NCBI GenBank assembly: GCA_028534125.1
Contig: CM052817.1
Coordinates: 101,372,001-101,436,000, forward strand
Direction of reading: 5' to 3'
DNA length: 64,000 nt
Source of the DNA: Lama glama
Taxonomy: Eukaryota
Of the stretch, positions 35,947 through 50,023 are shown one piece after another. The notes beneath the pieces were generated by a model, which worked only from the letters and a program-made list of their open reading frames with translations, had not been told where the DNA came from and did no database searches. Position 1 is the first letter of the stretch, and every line of letters begins with the position of its first letter. The position numbers were made by a program, and so were the translations under genes.

Positions 35947-38900
35947 ACATAGAATTCTTTATTGCCGAAACTGGACAAAGAGTAGGTCCGCTTTTGGGCT
36001 ATGTGGACAACTTGAAATATTTTATGAATAAAAATAGGCATTACTTCTATTGAAATTCATTTAGTTCGGTAAATGTTTAGTGAATACTTGCAGTGGTAGG
36101 CCCTGTGACTCATGAAAGGGATGTAATGCTAATTTAGGTCCTCCAGGACCTCACAGTGAGGAGACCCACGTCAGCAGATCACTGCAGTATGATGTGATCG
36201 TGTGCAGTACGGCAGAGGATGGGAGTACAGAAGAGGGCGAGAGTTAGTCTGCCAAGGAAGGGCTTTACGGTTAAGGAAGGAGAACTTTACGTTGGCTCTG
36301 GAAAGATGTACGGGAGTTCATAAGGGAGTCGAGAGTGAAGGGCATTCTGGGTACAGAGACCTGTAAGTTAAGGCAGTATGTACAGCACAGTGGTTTAAGA
36401 GAGTGCACTCTGCACCCAGACTCTAGATTCAAATCCAACTCCTTCCATTTACTCATAATCTCTGTGCCTCTGTTTTCTCCTCTAAAAAATGGTCCTGATG
36501 TTTCCTACGTCACAGGGTAGTTGTGACAGTCAGCTGCCTCCAGTGATGACTAATCCATAGTACGTGTTTCAGTTCTGTTGCAGTGTGCCGAGACCAGGGG
36601 TGTATAGAAGCAGAGAACGTGGGGGGCGGATCTTGAGTTGTTTTGTACTGCTCAGTTGTGTGTGAGGGATGAATGAGCAGGTGGATCCTGATCATGAGGG
36701 GCTCTGAGTATTTAAGCTGAAGAGTTTTGAGTAGGGAAGTGAGATGATCAGAGCCTTATTTTAGAAAGTGCTTCTTTTGGAGGATACATAGGAGTGTGCC
36801 CTGTGACACTGCCCAGCTAGTGGCTGTCCCAGGCCCACTCTGCTCCAGGTAACAGAGGCAAGAGTGCTTCTTTGCACCTCCTCTGCTGCCTCCCAGGGTT
36901 CTAGACAGGAAGTGATAGATTGTCTGTGTTCCTGTATCCTCCAGATTTCCTAGGGGCTCTGTAGTTGCACTCCTGTTTCTGTAGTTGTAACCAGTCTCAC
37001 CATGTACTGGAGAGGGAAGATCGGGGCTCGTATCAGAAACCCTCAGCAGTATTCAATGTTCTTCCTTTCTTCCCTGCCTCTCCTATCTTCAAGTTGTCAT
37101 TTGGAGAAGGCGGTACGGGACTGGTTCTGGCTGGTCCTGTATTTTTCTGACTTGAACCTAGACTTTGATTTTTGAAACAACAAAAGGAAGAAAATTGTCA
37201 TGATTCTTCTTTGGCTGTCATTGAAGTTGGTTCATGCTCTATTAGAGCACTTGTCACACTTGTCATTTATACATCTCCCTCTTGTGTTAGGCCTGAGTGT
37301 CTCAAAGTAAGAGCCATATCTTCAACTATCTCTCCCCCAAACCTAATATTAATCCTGATAGAAAGTAGGCATTTAACCCTTTAAACAAATGAATGAACAC
37401 ATCAGACAGCTGACCAGCTACTGAACTGTGTTCTGGTCATCCTGAAAGTTTTATAAGATGTTTGGTAAAGATTGCTTTTGTCTACAAATAGTAGAATATC
37501 TGACTAAGAGTGGCTTAAATAAATGGAAGTTAATTTTTCTCACAAAGTCTTGAAGTGGGTCTCCATTAATGTTGATCAATGTCTCGGCATCTTTGTGGTC
37601 CTCTTGGTCTTTCCTTCATGGTCATGGGGTGGCTGGCACAGCTCCTCGTGTCATATCCGAAGCAGAATATGGAAGAGGGGAAAGGGAAGTGGTTGGAATG
37701 TCTGTCTCTCTTAGCAGGAGAACAAAAGCTTTCCCACAGCTGTCCAACAGACTTTTCCTTAAATCTGTAGCGGAAGCTGGGAGTGGGAATGGGTAAGGGA
37801 GGAAGGAGGTTGGAAATGGCTTAGATGAGTTAGTTAACCAGAAGGATTGACACAGGCATAGTGTTATAAATAGGACGTTATTTTATGAGAGTGTAAAGTT
37901 CTGTAACTACAGCACAATTGATCAGACAATAGTGTTCGATGGTAATGTGGTCTGTTCTCCGTGAGTACATGGATTATACAGAAAATACTCTGCTTTACCT
38001 CTGATTCCCCCCACCCCTTGGTTGCAGGGGTATTACAGGGCATCAACAAAATAATATTTGTGCTTTGATTTTTCCTTGAAATATGGAAATACTTGGCCAA
38101 TTTCTTACTTGTATAATCTTTTTTTTTTTTTGCTGTTTTTGCTGTACAGGGACATTTTCACTGGTATGTATTCATACTTCTATCGATATTGTCTGCTAAG
38201 GATTTTCTTTAAATGCCAGAGGTTGTTATTTATTTAATAAATTTTTGTTTCTGCATTGAAAGGTTCTTCTTGATCAAAGATACCATTTTACTCTAATACT
38301 TTCTTTCAAAGTGGTAATCTTAGCTAAGTATATGCTGTATAACTCAAAATGTAGTTTTTTTATTTTCTTGAGGATGCCTCTCTTGAAATTGTTCCAGACA
38401 TTGTTCATTAGTATTTAAAATGTTGACAAATTTAATATATTAGTATGATGCCCAAAGGGGCAGAATTCTCAGTGAAAAACAGGCTTTGCTATCCAGATGA
38501 GCTGGATTAAACAAGCAACATTGCCACTTACTGCCTGGTCAAACTACCTAATCTTTCTGGATCTCAGTTTCTTAATCTGTGAAATGGCAGTGTCAGAACT
38601 TCCAGTGAGCTCATGTATGGACTGCATCCTCTGCAGGCCTGGCTTGCTGGAGACTTAGTTCATAGCAGGTGAGGGACTCTTGACAGTGGACAATACAGGG
38701 AGAATGTGTGGCTTGTTCACTTGTAGTTTGTTGCTCGTCATCGTTTTTATATACATGAAGGAAGAAAAAAGAAAGTGAAGAATGTGACAAAAAGTTTTCA
38801 GAGTGACATTATTTGCTATTTTAGTTAGCATTGTCATGTTCAGTTTGTTAAAATGTTAGCTTTGTAGAAGATAGTGCAACTTACTCTCTCTCAAAAAAAA

Positions 38901-39629
38901 AAATTATATTACCTCTCTGTTGTCGAAGCCCCATATCCCTTCGTTCATGAGAGAGGAATAATTCCATTGTTTTCCTGCAGTAAGCCAGAGGGTCATCACC
39001 TCATGACATAATCACATTAGAAACTTCCATAATTACACTTAACTGAAGTTCCAAATGGACTTTTCTTAGGAAATAAACCCTGAGAAGCAATGTACCAAAA
39101 TCAAGCCAGTTTTTCCCAGTGGAAATTCTATCTATCATTATTGTATTAGATATAATCTCATCAGACAATTTTCAATAAGGGTTAAAAGTCACTGCTAGAC
39201 ATTTTAATAATTCCATTCTTGATTTATAATTTTTAGTATCTCTTCCAGATAAGAAGGAACTTTTATTTTTGTAGCATTTGATATCTTCAAGTTCACATCT
39301 ATATCAAAAAGGTAAATAGTTGGCAGCTTTTCATTTCTCCTCTTTAATAAGCTCCTTTATATTTTCAGTTCTTAAGTAAACTTCCAAGTTCTTTTAGAAG
39401 TTTAAATATTGCATTCTACTTGATGGGAAAGATTGAAAACATTAGGTCTTAGCTTTTCAGACTTTTGCAAGTCTGTGTTTTCCGTTGGCTTCCTACTTAT
39501 CAGCTTTCTCTTCCTCTCCTTGATTTTTCCAGTATCTGAATTTGAAATTTCCTCCAATACTCACAGTGCTGAGAAAGCATCACCACACTTTTGGCAGACT
39601 CTCATTTTCTGTCTGTCACTGTGTTTCGT

Positions 39630-40080
39630 CTGTTTATTTTTTGAGATTCTGCTGTGGGCCAGGCACTGCTCAGGGGACTTGGGACATGTGTCAGTGAGCA
39701 AAACAGACAAAGATCCTTGCCTTTGTGGAGCTCACATTCTAGAAGAGGGAGAAATCTATAAATAAAAATAGATTTAAAATAAGAAAGAGTAAACCTTCTT
39801 CACAAAGTGGGATTTGAGAGGAGAAGGGATTAACCTTGTGAATATCTTGAGAAATATCCCAGAGAGGGACAGAGAAAACAGCCAACATAAAGGCCTTAAA
39901 ATACCAGCATAGTTTAAGAAACATCAAAGAGGCCAGTGTGGCTAGAGTAAGTATAAATGAAGTGGAGTAAGAGAACTTAGATCAGAGAGATAAAGGGAGA
40001 AGGTGGCCCAGCAATGTCAGGCCATCCATAATATCACATGGTTTTTATCCTGAGTGAAATGGGGAGCCATTCAGCAAATT
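39630..40080 (-). mobile_element. L2 fragment
   Basis: GCCAGGCACTGCTCAGGG...GTGAGCAAAACAGACAAAGATCCTTGCCTTTGTGGAGCTCACATTCTAG...GAGGCCAGTGTGGCTAGAG. Confidence 0.7.
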
Positions 40081-40879
40081 CCTGTGGTGCGGCACCATGC
40101 AAGGTGCTGGAAATGTAAAGATTAAGGCATAGCCATGTCCTCAGTGAATTCGTATTTTAGATCAAAGACTAGACCATAAATAAACTGTATGATATTAATT
40201 AACACGTGTTCAGTAAAAGAGAAATGAGCGGGCACTGTTATGGAATGGAGGAGAGGGAGCGAACTTTCAGTGAGTTTATGATGCCACTGCCTGTTTCTTC
40301 TCCTGAATTTCAGTACTTTAGGTGCCCTGCGTACTGCTTTCAGTGCCGTTCTTCTGTCTTGCTCTCTCTTCGTAACCTCTTCCTTCTGCCAGTTTTGATA
40401 AGGTTAGCTGTGTCTTTGAGCTATTTACTCTTGATAATTAATCTTTCTCTGACCATTCGACTTTCCTTTACTGCTGTTTTCTACTCTCCACTCTCATGTC
40501 CTTCAAGACTCATTCTAAAGAATGTTTTCTTCTCCAAACTTACTTCCTTAGGGAGCAGTTCTAATCGGTATAACCAGTATCTGAGTAGGATCTAGAGCTG
40601 TAAAAGGAATTTCATATCCTTTCCAGACACTTAACTGAATACGTCTAAGTATATAGAAAATGGAGATCATCCTGAGGTCTGTCACTTTCACGGTTTTGCC
40701 ATCTTCACATTGGAAGATTAATACTCGTTCTTTCTATGTTGTATGTAATGCATCACTAATTATTGTCAGTTGTCCTTAGTTATGTTTCTTAACTTGCCTC
40801 ATTTTCATTCCTGTAATAACCCTAGTCTGGTGTTTCCCAAACTATTATCTCAGCTCTGTTTCAGATTCATGACTCTGTT

Positions 40880-43165
40880 ACTTCATTCGTATTGTACTTG
40901 ATTTCATTTTACTGACTATACTCCCAAAGCTGTACATTTCATCCTCATGACTCATTTATTTTGCAACTGGAAGTTTGTACCTCTTCATTTCTCTTACCTA
41001 TTTCACTCATCCCTCACCCCCACCCCTCTGGCATTTACCTCTTCTCTGTATCTGTGACTCTGTTTCTGTTTTGTTATGTTTATTTGTTGTTTTGTTTTTT
41101 AGATTCCATATATAAGTGAAATTATATGGTATTTCTCTGTCTGACTTATTTCCTTTAGCATAATACCATCTAGGTCCATCCATGTCATCACAAATGGCAA
41201 GGTTTTCTTTTTATGGCCAAGTAATACTCCATTGTATATGTATACCACATCTTCTTTATCCATTCATCTATTGATGGGCACTTTGGTTGCTTCCATATCT
41301 TGGCTGTTGCGAATAATGCTGCAGTGAACATAGGGGTGCATATATCTTTGAATTTGTGATTTTGTTTTCTTTGGAAAAATACCCAGAAGTGAAATCGCTA
41401 GATCATATGGTAGGTTTGTTTTGTTTGTTTTTTGAGGACACTCCATACCATTTTCCATAGTCGCTGCACCAATTTATATTCCTATCAGCAGTTCACGAGG
41501 GTTTTCTTTTCTCCACATCCTTGCCAACACTTATTTCTTTTCTTTTTGGTGATAGCCATTCTGACAGGTGTGATACTGTATTTTGATTTGCATTTCTCTG
41601 ATGATTAGTGATGTTAAGCATCTTTCCACGTGTCTATTCATTATCTGTATATCTAATTTGAAAAAATGCCTATTCAGATTCTCTGCCCATTTTTTGTTTT
41701 TTGATGTTGAATTGTGTGAGTTCTTTTTATATGTTGGATATTAACCCCTTATCACATATATCATTTGCAAATATCTTGTCCCATTCAGTAGGTTGCTTTT
41801 TCATTTTCTCGATAGTTTCCTTCAATGTGTAAAAGCTTTTTAGTTTGATTTAGCCTCATTTGTTTATTTTTGCTTTTATTTCCCTTGCCTGAGGAGACAT
41901 ATAAAAAATATCGTGAGGATCAGTGTCAAAGAGCACATTGCCAGTGTTTCTTCTAGGGGTTTTATAGTATCAGATCTTACATCTACATCTAAGTCTTTAA
42001 TCCGTTTGAGTTTATTTTTTACATGGTGTGAGAAAGTCCAGTTTGATTCTTTTGCATGTAGCTATCTGGTTTCCCCAGCACCATTTATTAAAGAGATTGT
42101 CTTTTCTCCATTGTATATTCTTGCCTCCTTGGTCATAGATTGACTATAAGTGTGTTGGTTTATTTCTGGACTCTTTATTCTGTTCCATTGAGCTAAGTGT
42201 CTGTTTTTGTGCTAATACCATGCTATTTTGATAACTGTAGCTTTGTAATATAGTTTGAAATCAGCAGGTGTGATAACCTCTAGCTTTGTTCTTCTTTCTC
42301 AAGATTGTATTGTCTGTTCAGAATCTTCTGTGTTTCCATACAAATTTTAGAATTATTTGTTCTAGTTCTGTGAAAATTGCCATTGGTATTTTGATAGTCT
42401 TTGGATTAAATCTGTAGATTGCCTTGGGTAGAATGGTCATTTTAACAAAATTAATTCTTTCAGTTCTTTCAATCAAGCAGTTATATCTTTACGTCATCTT
42501 CATTTTCTTTCTTCAGTATCTTACAGTTCTCCAAGTACAGGGCTTTACCTTCTTGGTTAGATTTATTCCTAGGTGTTTTACATTTTTTGATGCAACTGTA
42601 AATGGTATTGTTCTCTTAATTTCTCTTTTTGATAGTTCATTGTTTGTGCATAGGAACGCAACAGATTTCTTTATATTAATTTTGCAATTCTGCTGAATTG
42701 TTTTATTAGTCTAGTAGTTTTTTGGTGGAGTCTTTGGAATTTCCTATATATTGTATCATGTCGACTTTTAAACTGTGACAGCTTTACTTCTTCCTTTCCA
42801 ATTTGGATTCCTTTTATTTCTTTTTCTAGTCTAATTGTTGTGGCTAGAACTTATAGTACTATGTTGAGTTGTGAGAGTGGCATTGTTGTCTTCTTCCTGA
42901 TCTTGGAGGAAATGCTTTCAGCTTTTCACCACTGAGTATAATGTTGGCAGTAGGTTTGTCATATATGGCCTACATTATGTTGAGGTATGTTCCCTTTTTT
43001 ATTTCTGAATTTATTTGAGTCCTCTCTATTTTTTTTTTTTGATGGATCTGGCTAAAAGTTTATCGTTTTTGTTTATCTTTTCAGTAAACCAGCTCTTAGT
43101 TTTATTGATCTTTTCTATTGTTTGTTTGGGGTTTTTTTTTTTTTTTGTCTATTTTATTTCTGTCC
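40880..43165 (-). mobile_element. Degenerate L1 (3' UTR and ORF2 3' half, internal deletion near 42995)
   Basis: Antisense ORF2 remnants (LPYDLAISLLGIFPKKTKS, 41264-41458) and continuous L1-like sequence. Confidence 0.88.
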
Positions 43166-43499
43166 CCACCCCATTGCATTTTTAATCATTTTTCTCATTT
43201 TTTTAACCAGCAATATATTTGACAGCAAAAAGAGCTTTTCAGAGTTGATGTGAATTAACTAGTGCTAACATACTTAGTTGATACAAATCTAGGCCTTAAA
43301 ATCTCTTCTAGGCCTTCAATCTCTCTAATTGTAAAGAAAGTTTGGTTTATTCTTTCCATTCAAGTCTCCTTTTTGAAGATTTGCCATTTAGAAGAACTAT
43401 CACTCATGAGATTTTTAGCTAGCTTTTGCAGCCTCATCTTAATTAAATATGTGTTTTCTGTTAAAATGTTTGAAACAGGGGAGGAAAGAACTCAAATCC

Positions 43500-44600
43500 A
43501 GGCAACCACCTTTGCCGTACTAAGGATCTCCAGATGAACGAGGGTCCAAGTCCTTATATCCTCAGCTCATTTCCCTTCTTGCTCTACACATTCCTCCTGG
43601 GAGGCCTCACCTACTCCTGTGGCTTCCGTTGCCACCTGTATACTTTTGACTCCCCACTTTTCATCTCCTGCCTGTACCTCTGCCCTGAACTCCACACCTG
43701 TGTATTCAGCTACTAACTGGACATCTCTTGAACAGCTAGCAGGCAACTCACATTCAGTATGTTCAAATTCTTTACTCAAGACTGCTCCTCTGAGTTGTAG
43801 ACTCTGAAACTACTATCCACTTAGTCACCCAAACCAAAAACCTGGTAGTTATCTTGGATTTTTTTCCTCTCCCTTTTCTCTCCATCCAGTAGGTTCTGAA
43901 CTCTGTTGATTCTACGTGCTGATACCTCTCAAATCACTCCCGTCCTGTCCATCCTCACTGCCACTGTCTGGGCTTAGACTCTCATGACCTCTGGCCCAGA
44001 ATTTTGAATTAATGTCTTTACTGGTCTCCCTGTCTCCAGCTTTCACTTTCTTTCATCTGCTGTAGTAGTTTTTTGTTTTTTGTTTTTTTAATTCCTTTTG
44101 GATGGTTTCCCATTCCTGAATAACAAATCCAGATTCCTCAGCCTGACATTAAGGCTCTCTGTAATCTACCTCCTGCCACTGGCCAGCCTAATAACCTGCT
44201 CTTACCCCTTCTCCAACCCTAGCACCCGTTAAACCAAATTGTTTACAGCTTCCTGAATGCTACTTATTTTATATCTTGCATTTTTACATGCTGCACCGGA
44301 CTGGCTCTTTTCACTTGTTTAACTAACAAACTCCAGCCTGTCCATTAACCAGAGATATTTATTAAGACCCACCTCAGAAATCTTTTCTTCTGGGAAGTTT
44401 TTATCCCCTCAGCAAAGCTGAGTACTTCTTTGTGCCTTGACTATCTTACATGTATTTCTTATAGGGTGAAATCTTTACGTGTCTTATGTCCACGGCCAGC
44501 ATTCTGAGAGCAGGCATATCTTAACCATGTTTTATCCCCAGCATGGAATGCAGTTACTGAGACACACAGAGACATAATAACTGTTAGTGAATGAATACAT
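43500..44600 (+). mobile_element. L2 fragment with 3' end
   Basis: CCCTGAACTCCACACCTGTGTATTCAGCTAC...CATCCTCACTGCCACT...ending TGTTAGTGAATGAAT. Confidence 0.7.
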
Positions 44601-45276
44601 AGATCAGTACAGCACTGCCTAGTTTTGGTCCTAACTATTGTCTACTTGGTCTAGGAGCCTTCCTCCCTGGCCCGTACCTTTTCTTTTCCTTCTAGTCCAC
44701 AATATAGAGCAACACAGATGATTTCCATTAAGTATTCATGTTTATAGGAATCTCGATTTTTAAAAATTCAGCCTCAGGAATATCATGTATAGGAATAATT
44801 AAGCATGAATTTTCAACTCCATTATTTCTTTTTACCATCACTTGAATTATATTTTGCTAGAGACTAGCTCGGCATTATCCAAAGTAATCCTGTGGAATGG
44901 ATATATAATAGGTATTACTTGAAGAGGAGTTCTGTAATCAGAGGAATCTGGGGCTTTGGATTAACAAAGATAAACTACTTTGAGTTCTCAGAGCCTTTAA
45001 CATGCCAGTATGCTTTGTGAATCTTTACTTGATTCTTTTTCTTGAGGGATTAATGTTCTATGGAACACACTTTGGGAAATGCTTCCCAACTTTATGGATT
45101 CTTTTCAGCAGACAAGACTGCTGTCTTAGACTACCTTCTTCTCCCCAAAATTGATATATATTCTTTGTTGAAACCTGAAATAATCTTGCCAGTCAGCAAA
45201 CCACATCCCTTTCCAGCCACTGCTAGGGAAGTTTCTCATCCAATATAAATTCTGCAGAGTAATAGGCATTAAATAA

Positions 45277-45282
<6 letters not shown>

Positions 45283-45311
<29 letters not shown>
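45283..45311. repeat. (AT)n microsatellite
   Basis: About 14 uninterrupted AT units. Confidence 0.9.
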
Positions 45312-45314
<3 letters not shown>

Positions 45315-45478
45315 TAATAAATTTTCCCTGAAAAGAAAAAAAAAACCACATCCCAATTTTCAAATATTGACATTTGCATTTTGCTATAACAAATTTAAAA
45401 CTTACTCACTTTAGAACAAAAGAGTAGAGAAGAAAGTTAAATTGCTTGTAATTCTATGATTCAAAACTAATTACTGTT

Positions 45479-45695
45479 ATTTGCAGATACTAGCTACTAC
45501 ATATAAAATAGATAAACAAAAAGACCCTACTGTATGGCACAGGGAACTATATTCATTATCTTGTAATAGCCTATAATGAAAAAGAATATGAAAAGGAATG
45601 TGTGTGTATATATATAATATTGTATGTGTATAACTAAATCACTATGCTGTACACCAGAAATTAATACATTGTAAATCGACTATACTTCAATTAAA
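45479..45695 (+). mobile_element. L1 3' end, 5'-truncated, 16-bp TSD with one mismatch
   Basis: GCACAGGGAACTATATTC...GCTGTACACCAGAAATTAA...ACTTCAATTAAAA; TSD AAAACTAATTACTGTT 45463-45478 and AAAACCAATTACTGTT 45696-45711. Confidence 0.85.
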
Positions 45696-47904
45696 AAAAC
45701 CAATTACTGTTGACATTTTGGTATACTTCCTTTCTTTTATTATATTATATTATTTTATTTCCTTTTCTTGTGTACATGAATCAGGATATCTTTCAGCCAC
45801 AAATAACAGAAAAGTAGATCCAAATGGGCTTAAGTAATAGGGGTTTTTATCCTGTGTAGGAAGTTTGGAGGTGGGCTCTTTCAGAATTCACCACACATTG
45901 GTATCAGAGGTCTGGGCTGGCTTCTCTTCTTGACTTTCCCTTTTTAGATGCAAGTAGCTACCACAGCTACTATATCTTCCCATGACAATGTCCAAAGCAG
46001 GAATAATGATGGACTTTCTTCTTGTATACCTCTCTCTTTTTATCCAGGAGGGGAAATCCCAGAATGCCCCCCTTTCCCAAATAGGTTTCCCTTTATGTAT
46101 AACCCTCATTGGCCAGGTCTGAGATACATGCTCATGCTGGAAGGTAGGACATCATAGTTTGCCCTCTTGGACTGGGAGGGGCCTATTCTCTCTGAGCACA
46201 TTGCCCTCCCAATCTGAACAAAGTTGGAGTTCTGTTTACAAAGAAAGGCTTTAGATCACCTGAAGCTTTAGAGAGGCAATTAACAGGGCCTACAAAATTA
46301 TATCTATATGCACTTGAAAGTCCAGGTCTTTTAAATTGAATGTTCTTACTGCTTTTCTCCATCAGCTTGGATAATCAAGAATTAAATATGTTTGTTGAGG
46401 TTGAGTTAGTTAAAAATTGGGGGTGGGTGGTAGATGGAGGAAGTATATAAACAGGATTTTTGTTGGTAAATAATTTTAAATAATAAAAAATTGTAATAGG
46501 TAATATTACAACTTGAAACTTGCAGAAATTTTTACAGTAGAACCAAAGATTTCAATGATTTATTTTTTATATTTGTTTGTTTGTTTTGCTTTTGCAGTAG
46601 GTAGCTTTGGGCTAGGCTTCTGAACCTTCCCCCAGGAATTATTCTCCTTTGCTATTGGAGCTACTTGCTGGATGAATTTGAAAAGCCTTACTCTAGAGCT
46701 TTAGAATTCCCTCTCCCACTCCCAGAACATTCTTCTGTGCTTCATGTGGATTACAGATTTGTGACAGCCATTCTTCATTCACAACTCTCTTCTCCCCAGA
46801 TCAACCAACCTGGAAAAGATTTTTTCCACGAAAACTGGACCTACAATTTTAATGTCATGCCACCAGGTGGTGGCAATGTCCAGGTCATATATATCCTTAG
46901 TTTCCCAGGATAGCCAGCCCTAATTTCATTTGGCTTGTTTTGCCCTCAAGAAGTGTATCAATATTTTATAGATTTTAATATTTCAGTATTCATAATGACT
47001 CTGGCTGTTTTATGTATTTAGAAGTTTCACGAAAATAGCCCTATAAGCTGGGTGCTTTTTTGGGTTTAAAGTATGGTTCTCACTTAACCAAAGGGCATGG
47101 CTCAAACTTTCAACCCTGCATTTCAACAGATTCAAATATTGGGCGTTGTTCGGGTTCCGTAGTGTTTATATTTATTTATAACCATAAATTTCCTGGTCTA
47201 TAACTTCTTTAAAAATTGAGATTGAATGCAAAGAAACTTCAATTTAAATTTTTATTAATTATTATAGCTTTTAAAGTTAAATACATTTTACCTTTTCAGT
47301 AATTTCTAACACTTGAACTTGCCACAGATCTTAGTTTGGTTGGCTACTCTCATCCAGATGTGTTATGTTGCTCTCTTTATTCTGCTAAAGCTGTTAAAGC
47401 TGTGGAAGAGAAGGCTTTCATTTGCTTTTTTAATCCTTTGAAATCCAAGTTCTCTTGAATCTATCCACTATAAGAGGCAGAAATACAGGAAAAAGATAAA
47501 AGCCTTTATAGGCAGGTACTTTATTCAGTTACTATTTCTGAGCACTCTTGTCTCTTTATGACTTTTTCTTTGGCTTTATATACTTAAGGTGGAGTATATT
47601 ATAACCTGGCCTGAAAAGAAATGTAAAACTTTAATTTAAATTAGTTACATTTAAGTTAAATAGATATTTGAGCTTAAGCTCTTTAACTGATGCTCCTTAG
47701 CAAGTAATTTGTTATATTTTAGATGGGTGGTTTCTAATGAAATAAATTACTTAAACTGAGTAATTTACTGGATCAATACATTTTAAATAGTATTTAAGTA
47801 ACATTTTTATTAGAAATTCAAATAGTGGACCATCTTAATTTCACAAGAAGTATTCAGATGTGTTAGGACTGAAATGTGAGCATGTCATTTCCCAGTGCTC
47901 TTGA

Positions 47905-48600
47905 AAGACAGTGGGAAAATAAATGATTCAGCAGTTTCACTCCTTGAGATCTACCCAAATGGGTGGAAAACATGCATACAAATGTTTATAACAGCTTTAT
48001 TCATAATTGCCAAAACTTTGGAAACAACCAAGATGTCCTTCAGTAGGTATATACATAAACTGTGGTACATTTAGACAGTGGAATATTATTCAGTGATTAA
48101 AAGAAATAAGGTATCAAGCCATGAAAATACATGGAGGAACCTTAAATGCATTTTACTAAATGAAAGGAGCCAGTCTGAAAAGGTTACACAATGTATGATT
48201 CCAACTATATGACATTTTAGAAAGGCAAAACTATATAGACAGTGGTTGCCAGAGGCTGTGGAGAGGAAGCAGGGATGAATAGGCAGAGCACAGATGTTTA
48301 GGGCAGTGAAGACACTCAGTGTGATAGGGTAATAATGAAGGCATGTCATTACACATTTGTTCAACCCATTGAATGTACACCACCAAAGGTGAGCCCTAAT
48401 GTAAACTATAGACTTTGGGTGATAATGATGTGTCAGTGTAGGTTCATCAGTTGTAACAAATGTACCACTCTGGAGGGGATTTTGTTTATGGGAGAGCCTG
48501 TGTGTATGTTGGGACAGGGGTTATATGGGAACTCTCTATAATTTCCACTCAATTTTGCTGTGAACCTAAAACTGCTCTAAAAAAATAAAATCTGTTTTTA
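47905..48600 (+). mobile_element. Old L1M (L1MC/MD-like) 3' fragment
   Basis: CAGCTTTATTCATAATTGCCAAAAC...TGTAAACTATAGACTTTGGGTGATAATGATGTGTCA...GAACCTAAAACTGCTCTAAAAAAATAAA. Confidence 0.8.
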
Positions 48601-48911
48601 AAAAGTGAAGTAGACTATAGAAAATATATTGACATGAAACATAAAGGATAATCCCCTGTGTGTTTTGACATGTTCTCCACATTGACCTATACTTGAATAT
48701 TAAGCAAAAGAATTGGGACAAGAAAGATGCCCACTAGACTTTACAGGGGTCCCCCCCACCCCGGAGAGGGTAGTGGGGGTGGTGTAGAAGTGGAGAGCGA
48801 GGGAGCTTTAGTTTAAATACTTGTGCATTGTTTGAGTCTTTTAAAATAAAAATATTCATTTTGGTCTCTTGAAAATACATTCATATATTTCTTATAATGG
48901 GAAAAGAATTT

Positions 48912-49533
48912 TTTCTTCCAGTTTTATTGAGATATAACTGACAGCACTGTATAAATTTAAGGTGTGCAGCATAATAATCTGATTTACATACATCATGAAG
49001 TGATTACTACAGTAAGTTTAGTGAACATCTATTATCTCATATAGATACAAAATAAAAGAAATAGAAAAAAAAAATTTTCTCGTGATGAGAACTCTTAGGA
49101 TTTACTGTCCTAACAACTTTCATAGATAATATACAGCAGCATTAATTATATTTATCATGTTGTGTATTACATCCCTAGTACTTATTTATCTTATAACTGG
49201 AAATTTGTACTTTTTGACTGCCTTCATCCAATACCCCCACCCTACCCCCCTGCTGTGGCCATCTCTGATAACCACAAATTTGATCTTTTTCTGAGTAGTT
49301 ATGCGTTGCTAGTTCCTGTTATACAACATAGTGATTCTATGTTTCTGTACATTTCAGACTGATCACCATGTTAGTCGTCTAGTTACGATATATCACCATA
49401 CAGAGATATTACATAGCTATTGACTATATTCCCCACACTGTACACGTCATACCCATGACTCATTTATTTTGCAAATGAAAACTTGTACCTCTTAATCGTC
49501 ACCTATTTCTTTCCTCTTCTTACCCCCTTCCCC
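48912..49533 (-). mobile_element. L1 3' UTR fragment, 13-bp TSD with one mismatch
   Basis: TTTTATTGAGATATAACTGAC start; TSD GGGAAAAGAATTT 48899-48911 and GGGAAAAGCATTT 49534-49546. Confidence 0.8.
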
Positions 49534-49932
49534 GGGAAAAGCATTTAAAAAATAATAGTTATGTATGCTTTTAATATGCACAATTTACAAGTATGTTTCA
49601 CAATACAGAGATAACCATTTTTTAAATTTTGTGCATTTTCTTGCAGTTTTTTGGGGGTTTTGGTCATAGATAAGCTCTCAAATGTATTCACAGTTTTGTT
49701 TCCAGCTTTTTAAAAACCCTGTTCTATATTTGTGTCATTGAAAGTTTTCTTAAATGTTTCCTTTGGTTACATAATTATAACCTATCTATTACCATGAAAT
49801 AATGATTTACCATTTCTCTATTGTTAAGACAATTGTACAGCTCCCATCTTTATGTAAATACATCTTTATAGTGTTCTTTGTTTCCCTGTGATCTATTCCT
49901 AAATGAAATATCACCCTAAAAAATAAATTTTA

Positions 49933-50023
49933 TATGAAAACGAATATATATATGTATGTGCATGGCTGGGACATTGTGCTGTACACCAGACACATTGTAA
50001 TTGACTGTACTTCAATAAAAAAT
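49933..50023 (+). mobile_element. 91-bp young L1 3' end with 11-bp TSD
   Basis: GCATGGCTGGGACATTGTGCTGTACACCAG is the reverse complement of the 24.7 and 53.05 kb copies; TSD AATAAATTTTA 49922-49932 and 50024-50034. Confidence 0.8.
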
